Assembly: GCA_965267575.1 (NCBI GenBank)
Contig: OZ254086.1
Location: forward strand, 1,792,001 to 1,856,000
DNA length: 64,000 nucleotides
Reading direction: 5' to 3'
From: Calditrichales bacterium
GTDB lineage: Bacteria; Calditrichota; Calditrichia; Calditrichales; J004
Both the position numbers and the translations under genes were made by a program. Under the pieces are notes generated by a model. The model was given only the letters and a program-made list of their open reading frames with translations. It had not been told where the DNA came from and did no database searches. Positions 11,801 through 21,214 of this stretch are shown here, in pieces; the first letter of the stretch is position 1; every line of letters begins with the position of its first letter.

Positions 11801-11942
11801 TCTTGGGCGTTTAAAAATTCGACAATTCACAAAGCAGACAAAATAGCCGTGTGGCCGGAAGCCTTCTGTTTTATAATTCACGATATAACTGGAAAATGGA
11901 CAACGTAGCTATGAAGTAATCTATTCAAATAAGAAAAAAAGT

Positions 11943-13301
11943 CTAGTTTCCAATGCCCAGACTAAGCGTAATGGTGGCGATGGTCAGGTAGATAACCAGT
12001 CCGAAAATATCGTTGGAGGTTGAGACGAGCGGGGCGGCAGCCAAAGCCGGGTCGATATTGAGGCGCTTGAACAGCAGGGGCACCGTAGCACCCACAAGCG
12101 CAGCGGTGTTAACCACGATAAACATGGAAAGTCCCAATATGGAAGCAAAAACAGGCCCGTCCCAGAAAAAGACAATCACAAAAAGAAGGATAGAGAAAAA
12201 CAGGCTGTTAAGCATAGATACACGGAATTCCTTGTAAAGACGGCTGCGTGTGTCGCGCAGCTCAATATCACCCGTAGAAAGACCGCGCACAACGATAACC
12301 GATGCCTGCTGCCCGCTGGAACCGCCCATGGCCATGATGATCGGGATGAAAAACGCGGCCATGATCATCTGGCTGAGGGTCACCTGGAAATTGCTGAGGA
12401 TAAAAGCGGCAAGCAATTCGCCCGTAAAGGCCACCAGCAACCAGGGTGTGCGCGCCCGGGCCAGGATAAAAGGCGAATCTTCCATCAGCTCTTCTTCCGG
12501 CGCACCGGAAATACGGGCGATGTCTTCAGAGCCTTCTTCTTCCAGAACGTCGACGATATCATCTACAGTAATGCGGCCTACTAGGCGATGCTGGGCGTCC
12601 AGAACCGGGGCGCTGACCAGGTCGTACTTTTTGAAAAAATTGGCCACCTCTTCCTGGTCCATGTCTACGGAAATGGTTGGAAAATCAGGATTCATGATCT
12701 CGCTGATGCGCGTATTGTCGGAAGCCAAAACCAGGTCAGTAAGCGAGACGCCACCGATAAAATGATTGCGCTGGTCGACGACCCAAATATTGTAAAAGTG
12801 TTCCACCTCATCACGCATTTCACGGATTTTCTCGATGGCGTCGCGCGTGGTGGCCTCTCCCCGAACAGCCAGCACCTCCACGGCCATAATACCGCCGGCG
12901 CTCTCCTCAGGATAGGTGAGCAGTTCCTTGACCTCTTCCTGGACATCCGTTTCCAGTTTTTCCAGAACGCGTTCGGCCACATCGTCAGGCAACTCGGCAA
13001 CGATGTCTGCGGCATCGTCGGATTCCATTTGGTCGATAATGGCCGAAAGCTTGGCGTGATCAACCTCCTCTAAAACCTGCTCGATCAGCGGGGAATCCAG
13101 CTCCGGCAAAACTGTGGAAGCTACGTCCGGAGGCAGAATACTGAACAGGTAATGGCGGTCCTCGCGCTTCAGGCGGTTCATCACCACCTCGATATCGGCC
13201 GGGTGCATATCGATCAGGATATTCAGCAGGGCGCCGGTCTGGCGGTTTTCCACCAGCTGTTCAATATCGGGCAGAACGCTTTCTATCTTCAGATCAGCCA
13301 T
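11943..13301 (-). CDS. mgtE: Magnesium transporter MgtE
   Basis: N-domain, CBS pair (GRITVDD), R.PWL, MGGSSGQQ, IDPALAAAP. Confidence 0.93.
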   Translation of the reverse strand: MADLKIESVLPDIEQLVENRQTGALLNILIDMHPADIEVVMNRLKREDRHYLFSILPPDVASTVLPELDSPLIEQVLEEVDHAKLSAIIDQMESDDAADIVAELPDDVAERVLEKLETDVQEEVKELLTYPEESAGGIMAVEVLAVRGEATTRDAIEKIREMRDEVEHFYNIWVVDQRNHFIGGVSLTDLVLASDNTRISEIMNPDFPTISVDMDQEEVANFFKKYDLVSAPVLDAQHRLVGRITVDDIVDVLEEEGSEDIARISGAPEEELMEDSPFILARARTPWLLVAFTGELLAAFILSNFQVTLSQMIMAAFFIPIIMAMGGSSGQQASVIVVRGLSTGDIELRDTRSRLYKEFRVSMLNSLFFSILLFVIVFFWDGPVFASILGLSMFIVVNTAALVGATVPLLFKRLNIDPALAAAPLVSTSNDIFGLVIYLTIATITLSLGIGN

Positions 13302-14085
13302 TGTTCATCAGTTTGGTTATGGAGTTGGAAAGGGTTTTAAATTCTTCAACGGACAAGGATTCCGGACGCCTGTCCAAAGCAATGGAATCTATGCAATCTA
13401 CAACGTTCGGTGCAAATATGCGTGCTAAACTGTTACGCAGCATTTTACGGCGTTGATTAAACGCACCCCGTACAACCCGACGAAACAGTTCCACATCTTC
13501 GATGCCGGCAGGCGCTTTTTGCAGATTGAAAAGCACGACCGCGGAATCGACGTTGGGCACGGGGAAAAAATTACCGCGGCCTACGTCAAACAGATAGCGC
13601 ACTTCGCACAGGGCCTGCAGCAATACACTGAGAATACCGTATTCCTTGTTGCCGCTTTGGGCAACGATTCTGCGGGCCACTTCTTTTTGCATCATGATTA
13701 CGGCACGTTTATAAAAAGCGCGGTTCTCAACCATTTTGAACAGGATCGGGCTGGTAATGTTGTAGGGAATGTTTCCGATCAGCAGCGCCGGATGTTCCGC
13801 CTGCAGATGCTTTTCTTCCGGCCATTTCAGGAAGTCGGCGTGATGCAGAATAAAACGATCGCCATATTGTTTTTCCAGTTCGGCGGCCCAGCGCGGATCA
13901 ATTTCCACCACCTGAAAACGGCGGGGCTCTTTTTGCAGGATCAGCGGTGGCAGCACACCCGGTCCCGGCCCGATTTCAACCACGTCATCGGCCGTTGATA
14001 TTTCCAGGGCGTCCACGATCTTTTGGGCGATCTGCGGTTGTTGCAGAAAATGCTGACCCAGGCGTTTAAGCGGACGGTGGCTCAT
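13294..14085 (-). CDS. rsmA: 16S rRNA dimethyladenosine transferase
   Basis: KRLGQHFL, VEIGPGPG, GNIPYNIT, FNQRRKMLRNSL. Confidence 0.95.
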   Translation of the reverse strand: MSHRPLKRLGQHFLQQPQIAQKIVDALEISTADDVVEIGPGPGVLPPLILQKEPRRFQVVEIDPRWAAELEKQYGDRFILHHADFLKWPEEKHLQAEHPALLIGNIPYNITSPILFKMVENRAFYKRAVIMMQKEVARRIVAQSGNKEYGILSVLLQALCEVRYLFDVGRGNFFPVPNVDSAVVLFNLQKAPAGIEDVELFRRVVRGAFNQRRKMLRNSLARIFAPNVVDCIDSIALDRRPESLSVEEFKTLSNSITKLMNNG

Positions 14086-14089
14086 GCGG

Positions 14090-14857
14090 TTACAGCGCCA
14101 GGTTAAACAGGTGCCTTGCGTTTTCGCTCGTAACCTCTGCCAGTTCCTCGAGAGAAATTCCTTTAATTTCGGCGATATGGCGGGCGGTGTGTATCACGTG
14201 CGCCGGTTCGTTGCGCTTGCCGCGGTGCGGCTCCGGCGTGAGGAAAGGGCTGTCGGTTTCCAGCAGAAGACGGTCCAGCGGCACCATGTCAATCAATTGA
14301 TTGTCTTTGTATTTTTTGAACGTGACCATGCCGGTAAAGGAGACATAAAAGGTGGTATTGAGCACACGCTCCAGAAATTCTGGCGTGCCGGTAAAGCTGT
14401 GCAGCACGCCGCTGACCTCACCGGCTTTTTCCGCCAAAAGAGTGTCCAGCACATCCTCGTGCGAGTCACGGTTGTGCACGATGAGCGGCAGGTTGCGCTT
14501 GCGGGCCAATGCGATCTGGCGAATGAAAGCCTTTTTTTGCACCTCTTTTTCACTGTACATGCGGTAGTAGTCCAGACCCACCTCACCAATGGCAATCACT
14601 TTTTCGTGTTTGCTAAGTTTTTCGATTTCAGCGTAATCCTTGTCTTTGGCAGCGCCGCAATCGGAAGGGTGAATACCCACGGCGGCGTAAATGGAGGCGT
14701 AATTGTCGGCCAGCCCGATGGCCTGTTTGGAGCTTTCCAGGCTGGTCCCGATGGTGATGATAGCCTGAATGTTGTTTTTAATGGCGCGCTGAACAACGGC
14801 GTCACGGTCCTCGTCGAATTGCTCAAAATCCAGGTGCGCGTGCGTATCAATAAACAT
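14090..14857 (-). CDS. tatD: TatD family DNase
   Basis: IDTHAHL, AIGEVGLDY, LLETDSPFL. Confidence 0.93.
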   Translation of the reverse strand: MFIDTHAHLDFEQFDEDRDAVVQRAIKNNIQAIITIGTSLESSKQAIGLADNYASIYAAVGIHPSDCGAAKDKDYAEIEKLSKHEKVIAIGEVGLDYYRMYSEKEVQKKAFIRQIALARKRNLPLIVHNRDSHEDVLDTLLAEKAGEVSGVLHSFTGTPEFLERVLNTTFYVSFTGMVTFKKYKDNQLIDMVPLDRLLLETDSPFLTPEPHRGKRNEPAHVIHTARHIAEIKGISLEELAEVTSENARHLFNLAL

Positions 14858-14899
14858 AAATCCGTCCTTGCTTGAAATGGTAATTAAGCGGGTATCGCT

Positions 14900-16951
14900 T
14901 TAGCGGATGGCGCTTCCGGCCGGTATATCTGCCATAACCGTCAGCAGGCTCAGTTTACCGTCATCCTCGGCGGTCAGCAGCATCCCGCGCGATTCAATAC
15001 CGCGAAGTTTGACGGGTTTCAGGTTGGCAACAATGATGATGCTTTTGCCGGCCAGCTCTTCCGGCTGGTAATGCTGGGCAATACCGCTCACAATGGTGCG
15101 TTCCTCGCCGCCCGCATCCACACGGATCTTTAGCAGCTTGTCGGTTTTAGGAACGCGCTCGGCCTCGATTATGCGCGCCACTTTCATCTCCACTTTGGCA
15201 AAATCATCAATGCTGATTTCGGGTGCTTGTTCTGGCACGGCTTTCTCCTTGCTTTGCGGCTTGCGCGCCGCCTCCAGCCTGTCCAACTCGGGCTGAATGG
15301 CGCTGTCTTCAATTTTGGAGAATAAAATTTGCGGTTTCTCAACGGCATGATTGTGTTTAAGCAGAAACGTACCGGCATCGTCCCAGTTCAGGTCATCGCT
15401 GATGTTGAGCAGCCGGCGCATTTTTACAGTGCTAAAGGGTATCAGCGGCTCCAGCAGGATGCTCAGTGAAGCGACAGTTTGCAGGCACAGGTGAATCGTG
15501 GTGGCGCAGTCCGCCGGATTCTCCTTGCGCGTTTTCCAGGGCTCCTTGTCATTGAAATACTTGTTGGCAAAGCGGGCCAGGTCCATCACCTCGCGCACGT
15601 AGTTTTTATACTGGTGCGTGTTAATCAGATTGCCGCTGGCCTGCGGTGCGTTTTTCAGCTTGTTAACCAATTCGTTGTCCAGATCGCCGTATTCGCCGGC
15701 CAGAGGCACTTTACCGTCAAAATATTTGTGGGCAAAGGTAAAAGTGCGGTTAACGAAATTGCCCAGGATGTCAGCCAGCTCGTTATTATGGCGCGCCTGG
15801 AAATCTTTCCAGGAGAAATCGCTGTCGCGGGTTTCCGGCATAATGCTGGCCAGCACGTAGCGCAGCGAGTCGGGATCGAATTTTTTGAGATAGTCATCCA
15901 GCCAGACGGCGTAGTTGCGGCTGGTGGAGAGCTTGCCGCCCTCCAGGTTGAGAAATTCGTTGGCCGGCACATTTTCCGGCAGCACATATTCGCCGTGCAG
16001 TTTGAGCATCAGCGGGAAAATGATGCAGTGGAAGACAATATTGTCCTTGCCGATAAAATGAATCAGACGCGTGTCCTCTTCCTGCCAGTATCTTTTCCAC
16101 AGCCCGGGATCGCCCTTTTGTTCGGCCCATTCCCGTGTGGCGGATATATAGCCAATGGGTGCGTCGAACCAGACGTAAAGTACTTTGCCTTTTGTGTCCA
16201 CGCCGGCCTTTTTGGCCACGTCTTCGGGGAGCTGTACGCCCCACGGAAGGTCGCGGGTCATGGCCCGGTCACGCAGACCGTCTTTAAACCAGCTGCGGAT
16301 CTGGCCCAGCGCGTTGGGCTTCCAATCACCGTGCTCGTCAATCCATTTTTCCAGCATCGGCTGGTATTTTTCCAGCGACAGGTACCAGTGCTTAGTCTCT
16401 TTCAACACCGGCCTGGCGTTTGTGATGGCGCTGCGTGGATTGATCAGGTCGTTGGGGCTGAGCGAAGTTCCGCAGTTTTCGCACTGGTCGCCATAAGCGT
16501 CTTCGTAGCCGCACTTGGGACAGGTGCCGCGCACAAAACGGTCGGCCAGAAACATGCCCGCTTCAGGGTCATAGAGATGCTTTTCTTTTTTGAGCACAAA
16601 CTCATTTTTTTTATCCAGCCGCCGGAAGAAATCCTGGCTGGTTTGATGGTGCACCGGCGAAGAGGTGCGACCATAATAATCGAAACTCATGCCCACTTTT
16701 TCAAAGCTTTTTTTTATGATCGCGTGATAGCGGTCCACAATTTCCTGCGGCGATTTGCCCTCGTCGCGGGCGCGCAGCATGATCGGCACGCCGTGCTCGT
16801 CGGAGCCGCAGATATAAACCACATCGTTGCCCTTCATGCGCTGGTAGCGCACAAAAATATCGGCCGGCAGGTAGGCCCCGGCCAGGTGACCAAGGTGGAT
16901 CGGCCCGTTGGCGTAAGGCAGGGCGCTGGTAACCAGAATTTTTTCAGACAC
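14900..16951 (-). CDS. metG: Methionine--tRNA ligase with C-terminal tRNA-binding domain
   Basis: ALPYANGPIHLGH, CPKC/CENC knuckle, KLSTS; GTG start. Confidence 0.97.
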   Translation of the reverse strand: MSEKILVTSALPYANGPIHLGHLAGAYLPADIFVRYQRMKGNDVVYICGSDEHGVPIMLRARDEGKSPQEIVDRYHAIIKKSFEKVGMSFDYYGRTSSPVHHQTSQDFFRRLDKKNEFVLKKEKHLYDPEAGMFLADRFVRGTCPKCGYEDAYGDQCENCGTSLSPNDLINPRSAITNARPVLKETKHWYLSLEKYQPMLEKWIDEHGDWKPNALGQIRSWFKDGLRDRAMTRDLPWGVQLPEDVAKKAGVDTKGKVLYVWFDAPIGYISATREWAEQKGDPGLWKRYWQEEDTRLIHFIGKDNIVFHCIIFPLMLKLHGEYVLPENVPANEFLNLEGGKLSTSRNYAVWLDDYLKKFDPDSLRYVLASIMPETRDSDFSWKDFQARHNNELADILGNFVNRTFTFAHKYFDGKVPLAGEYGDLDNELVNKLKNAPQASGNLINTHQYKNYVREVMDLARFANKYFNDKEPWKTRKENPADCATTIHLCLQTVASLSILLEPLIPFSTVKMRRLLNISDDLNWDDAGTFLLKHNHAVEKPQILFSKIEDSAIQPELDRLEAARKPQSKEKAVPEQAPEISIDDFAKVEMKVARIIEAERVPKTDKLLKIRVDAGGEERTIVSGIAQHYQPEELAGKSIIIVANLKPVKLRGIESRGMLLTAEDDGKLSLLTVMADIPAGSAIR

Positions 16952-17040
16952 AACTTTTTCCTTTTTTTCAGAATCCGTCCCGAATAGAGAAATTTAGAAT
17001 CGCTTCCCGACTTATGCAAACGGCGGATGGGGATGTTTTT

Positions 17041-17104
17041 GTCTTGCGGTGTTAAGGTCCTGAAGTCTTGGGTCACGGGGTCTTGAGGTCAGGAAGTCAT
17101 CGGG
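17041..17104. repeat. Degenerate 8-bp-period array (RRGTCnnn)
   Basis: GTC recurs at 17057, 17065, 17072, 17080, 17088, 17096. Confidence 0.6.
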
Positions 17105-17187
17105 CATCTTGATCATTTCCGGTGTGGCCTGCGTAGCCGATCGCGGAAAAAAATCAGGATAACCCGGGATGACAGTTTAAGAAAATA

Positions 17188-17216
17188 GCCACGATCTTCA
17201 GATCGTGGATAAAACC
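17188..17216 (+). repeat. REP-like palindrome, copy 1
   Basis: gCCACGATC-ttca-GATCGTGGataaaa; 27 nt identical to reverse complement of copy at 28709-28738. Confidence 0.8.
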
Positions 17217-17289
17217 GTTTAGGCGAATTTGGCCAAATTATCGCCTATTGAGATGCTGAACGAGTTTAGCATGACGTTGCCCTTCCTGT

Positions 17290-17325
17290 AAGCACGCTAA
17301 TACTTTAACACACTAACACGTGCAC
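17290..17325 (+). repeat. 8-bp-period TAACAC array
   Basis: aagcacgc taatactt taacacac taacacgt, abutting stop of 17327 gene. Confidence 0.65.
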
Positions 17326-17326
17326 C

Positions 17327-18361
17327 CTACTTGCCCACATCCACATCCGGGCCCCAGATGCGCTGCCACAGTGCGGCCAGAACGCGTTCGCTGTCGCGGA
17401 AGCTGTTGCGGGCCTGCTCTATACTCTGCACATTACCGGAAGCGTCCACGGTGACGGGGTAGGCGAAAACAAAATTACCCTGTTCATTGAGGAAGCCGTC
17501 GGAAACACCAAAGCGCAGATCATTAACCTGGTAGCCGCCGGGGATTTTTTCCACGCTGTACCAGCCGCCGGTAATCTCCAGCAGCCGCGCCACGCGGGGA
17601 TGATTGCGGACGGGATCAAGGATATCGTGGTTTTTGGGGAAGTAGTTAAACTGCACCCGGTCATCATCGTCATCCATAATGGAGCGGTAGCCGATGTAGA
17701 AACCCTCTTCCGTCTCCACGTTAGCCGTCCATAAAATGGAGTTCAACGGGGAGGGACGCGTTTCGAAGCGCAGGTATTCGATGTTCTGGCGCTGCAGGGC
17801 CTGCTCGAATTCCATGCCAATAATGCCTTTGAAAACCAGGGTGAGTACCAGGTAGCTGCTGCTGACAATTAGGCCAATGCGGTTCAGCTTATGCCGCCAC
17901 GGATCTTCCTTACGGCGGAAAGCGGCGGCGATCAGAAAGCCGAGAAAGGGCAGGGTGTAGAGCGGATCAATAACAAAGATGCTGCCCCAGGCAACGCGGT
18001 AATCAAACGGCCAGAATACCTGTGTGCCCCAGGTGGTAAAACAGTCCAGCAGCACGTGGGTGGTCAACCCCAGGAAAAAGAGCAGGCTCCAGTGTTTCCA
18101 TCCGATATCCAGCTTGCGATGCAGACGGTTTACCAGCTTGCCCAAAAGCGGCGAGGCGGCAATCGCAAAGAAAAGCGAATGACTAAGCCCGCGGTGCACT
18201 TCCAGGCGGCCGACCGTGTCCAGAAATTGCCCGGCCAACACATCCAGGTCCGGAATAGTGCCGGCGATAGCACCGTAAAGTATGGCCTTGTTGCCGGCCT
18301 TTTTACCAAGTACGGCCTCGCCAACCGCCGCACCCAGAACTATTTGTGTTAAACTATCCAT
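17327..18361 (-). CDS. Membrane-bound metal-dependent hydrolase (YdjM/DUF457-like)
   Basis: MDSLTQ, PDLD, HRGLSHS, THVLLDCFTTWG, FVIDP, DLRFG. Confidence 0.85.
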   Translation of the reverse strand: MDSLTQIVLGAAVGEAVLGKKAGNKAILYGAIAGTIPDLDVLAGQFLDTVGRLEVHRGLSHSLFFAIAASPLLGKLVNRLHRKLDIGWKHWSLLFFLGLTTHVLLDCFTTWGTQVFWPFDYRVAWGSIFVIDPLYTLPFLGFLIAAAFRRKEDPWRHKLNRIGLIVSSSYLVLTLVFKGIIGMEFEQALQRQNIEYLRFETRPSPLNSILWTANVETEEGFYIGYRSIMDDDDDRVQFNYFPKNHDILDPVRNHPRVARLLEITGGWYSVEKIPGGYQVNDLRFGVSDGFLNEQGNFVFAYPVTVDASGNVQSIEQARNSFRDSERVLAALWQRIWGPDVDVGK

Positions 18362-18371
18362 AAATGTTTTA

Positions 18372-18418
18372 TAGTGTTAATGTGCTAAAGTGTTATTGTA
18401 TTAATGTGCTTTATGCTG
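18372..18418 (-). repeat. 8-bp-period GTGTTA array (inverse of 17290 array)
   Basis: tagtgtta atgtgcta aagtgtta ttgtatta atgtgctt. Confidence 0.65.
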
Positions 18419-18513
18419 ATTATGATCTCATTTGAACTGTTTTCGCAACAAAAACCCATCTAAAAATTCCGACAGAAGCTGTAATCAAAAAACCTGTATT
18501 TTCATTCCCGCGC

Positions 18514-18556
18514 AAATTCACAATCCAACAATTCATAAATTCACCAGTTCAGCGTT
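18514..18556. repeat. 8-bp-period AATTCA array
   Basis: aaattcac aatccaac aattcata aattcacc agttcagc, abutting lptD stop. Confidence 0.55.
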
Positions 18557-21214
18557 CTAATAGCGGTCAAACGTGCTGGCGCTTGGGTGCTTGGTCAGCT
18601 TAATGTCTTTCAGGCTGGGATCTTTGATATTGATCTGGAAGCTGTAGTAACCGACAGTCGGTTGCCAGTTAAACGACATCTGCCAGCAGTGCAGGTCGCG
18701 GTAAATGTTAAAACTCTGGTAAACCAGGTCCTTTCGGACGAGGTCAAAATTGGCGCGCCAGCTCACCTTCCAGTTTTCAGTCAGCTTGAAATCGGCGGAG
18801 GTGGAAAGGTTGATCGATTCACGCGGGTCCAGCGGATTCGTTTTAGTAAGAATGTAATTAAGATTGAATGAAACCGACCATGGCAGGTCGATGTTGCTGG
18901 TTTCGCGGATTTCATCGCGCAGGGAAGGCTGGATATCGCGCTGCGTGCTGATGATACCCTCGTTCTCGGCGGATGTTGTATCCGCGGCTGCTTTTTCGTC
19001 TTTATCCTCTTCTTCTTTCTGGAAAAGCGTGTTGTCTACGTTAAAGCCGATCGACGTGTTGAAGGATGTAAGACGCGGCAGAAACTTGCCGGCATCCCAG
19101 AACAGCGTACTGGTTTCCCTGCCCTCTTCATCCACCGTGTAGAGGCTGTAGCGGGCGCTGGCGTTAAGCTGCTTGCCCAGAATAGTCGTCGCGTAGCTGG
19201 CGCTTAATCCGCCCCAGGGCTTTTCTTTATCCTTAAAATTATAGCTCGTGGAAAAATTGGCTTTAAACAAATCCAGCTTGCGTTCTTCGCCTTCTTCGTC
19301 GATCAGCTTGGCCTGAAACAGGTTGTTCAGCCGGATGCCCAGTGTCTGGGATTCCCGCGACGGCGTGCCGCCAAAGGGCGAGCGGCCAAACCGGTCGATC
19401 ATCACTTCATTACCGGCCGAGTCGCGCACGGTTTCGAAATAGCCGTAAGCGGGATCCGAAAAATCGGGATTGTAATTCCAGGAAACGGACGGGTCCATTT
19501 TATGGCGGATAAATTTCAATTCGCCGATGTTGGGTTCGAACAGGCCGTAGACGGTTGTCTTGGCCGATACGCTGGTGTTGAAGGTTCGCCGTATGGCAAA
19601 TTGTTTTTTTTGGCGCCGCTCGATCATGTTGGTCTCTTCGTTCAGCTCGGCGGTTGTCACTTCATCCACCCATGTTTCGGTGTAATTGAGCGACGGATTC
19701 AGGCTGAAATATTTTAACACGCTCTGCGGCGAGTTAAGGCTGAGGTTATGCTGCAATCCGCTGCGTACTTCCTCGTTAAAAGTTGTTGTTCCCGTTGTGT
19801 CGCCCGGAGCCGGATCTACCTCGGTTTTGGAACCCTGGCGCGTAAAACGCGAGCTGTAATTGTAATAGATGTTCTGATACCACGAGCGGCGCGCGCCTAT
19901 ACTCTGCCCGGTAATTGTTTCGTAGATCGTACTTTGCCGTGTGCTGAAATTTATGCTGGGCAAAGTGTAAGATAATTCGTTTGTTTGCAGATTCTGATTG
20001 CTGCTGGCGGAAACATTGAGGCTTGTGCCGCCCTTAAAGCGCTTGCTGATGTTAAGGTTGGAAGTGATGTTCTGGCGCAAACGGTCGTTAAAACTGGGCG
20101 ATGTCTGTCGTAGCAGGGTCTGGTCACTCTGGAAACTGCCGGAACCGCTTATGCGCAATGTCGGGTCTATCTCCTGGTTGTGATTGAAGTTGAAACGCCA
20201 GCGTTCGCGGCGCTGCCCCGTGGCCGGATCGCGAGGGTAATATTGCCCGGAGATGCGCCCGTTCAGCAGATAACGCACATTGTAGCGCACCTGCCCTTCC
20301 CAGGTCAGACCGATTTTGTCGTAGTAGGTTGTCTGCAGGGCAGCATCAAAATAGTCGTTGGGTGCCCAGTAGTAGCCCAGCCCGTCCAGGAAACGCCCGG
20401 CGACGCGGCTTTCACCGTAGCTTGGGATAATGATGCCCGAGCTGCGACCGCCCTTGCTTGGAAAAACGCCAAAAGGAAAAACGCCCAGCGGGATGTCGGC
20501 GATATAAAAATAGATCGGCTTGGCCACCACCTTGTCGCGCATCTTAAGGCGCATTTTGTCGCTTTTAAAATAGTAATGGGGATCGTTGGGCAGGTCGCAG
20601 GTGGTAAAAAATCCCTGTTCCACCAGCAGCGTGCTGTCGGCAATTTTGTAGACATCCGTGCCTTTGTAATAGCCAGGCGGCATCTCCGTCCGCCCCACGT
20701 CGATCTTGCCGCGTTTTGTCTTAAAGTCGTACTCGATACGCTCACCGTACATGGGTTCGCGGCCTTTTTCATCGAGCACCGGCGCGCCTTTAAAGATCGT
20801 ATTCCCTTTGGCGTCCACGGAGTCGGGCGTGCCGCGGGCGTATAGCATACCCTTTTCCTGGTCAATGGTGATGTTATCGGCGGTGAGGGTCAGGTTTTGA
20901 TAGGTGATTTTGGCGTTGCCGCGCAGGTAAATGCGGTTACCGTCCACGCTGATACTGATACGATCGGCCGAATGGGGTATTTTGTCGGTGAAGACGCTGC
21001 CGCCGCCCGGCGCGGATGTATCTGCCAAAGCCGTTGCCGCTGCCGGCTGTACGAGTGAATCCGGTGGTGCAACGATACTGTCCGGCGGGGCCTCGCCCGT
21101 AGTCTGTGCGATAAGACGGGCCAGCGGCAGGCACATCAGGATCAGGGAAAGTGTAATGCCGCGGGAAAACCAGGCCGCCGGCGGTTGTTCGAAATCAGGA
21201 AGCCTTTTTACCAC
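18557..21214 (-). CDS. lptD: LPS-assembly protein LptD/OstA-like outer membrane protein
   Basis: N-terminal OstA-like jellyroll, FTTCDL...HYYF, GYYWAPNDY, RDLHCW; start uncertain (GTG 21214 chosen; track gives 21283). Confidence 0.8.
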   Translation of the reverse strand: MVKRLPDFEQPPAAWFSRGITLSLILMCLPLARLIAQTTGEAPPDSIVAPPDSLVQPAAATALADTSAPGGGSVFTDKIPHSADRISISVDGNRIYLRGNAKITYQNLTLTADNITIDQEKGMLYARGTPDSVDAKGNTIFKGAPVLDEKGREPMYGERIEYDFKTKRGKIDVGRTEMPPGYYKGTDVYKIADSTLLVEQGFFTTCDLPNDPHYYFKSDKMRLKMRDKVVAKPIYFYIADIPLGVFPFGVFPSKGGRSSGIIIPSYGESRVAGRFLDGLGYYWAPNDYFDAALQTTYYDKIGLTWEGQVRYNVRYLLNGRISGQYYPRDPATGQRRERWRFNFNHNQEIDPTLRISGSGSFQSDQTLLRQTSPSFNDRLRQNITSNLNISKRFKGGTSLNVSASSNQNLQTNELSYTLPSINFSTRQSTIYETITGQSIGARRSWYQNIYYNYSSRFTRQGSKTEVDPAPGDTTGTTTFNEEVRSGLQHNLSLNSPQSVLKYFSLNPSLNYTETWVDEVTTAELNEETNMIERRQKKQFAIRRTFNTSVSAKTTVYGLFEPNIGELKFIRHKMDPSVSWNYNPDFSDPAYGYFETVRDSAGNEVMIDRFGRSPFGGTPSRESQTLGIRLNNLFQAKLIDEEGEERKLDLFKANFSTSYNFKDKEKPWGGLSASYATTILGKQLNASARYSLYTVDEEGRETSTLFWDAGKFLPRLTSFNTSIGFNVDNTLFQKEEEDKDEKAAADTTSAENEGIISTQRDIQPSLRDEIRETSNIDLPWSVSFNLNYILTKTNPLDPRESINLSTSADFKLTENWKVSWRANFDLVRKDLVYQSFNIYRDLHCWQMSFNWQPTVGYYSFQINIKDPSLKDIKLTKHPSASTFDRY

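Noticed and set aside
15479-16987. 502-aa plus-strand ORF
   Set aside because: Antisense shadow of metG with no recognisable motifs
16960-17326. T-box or SAM riboswitch upstream of metG
   Set aside because: No T-box or SAM-I consensus motifs recognised by eye; an Infernal scan would be definitive
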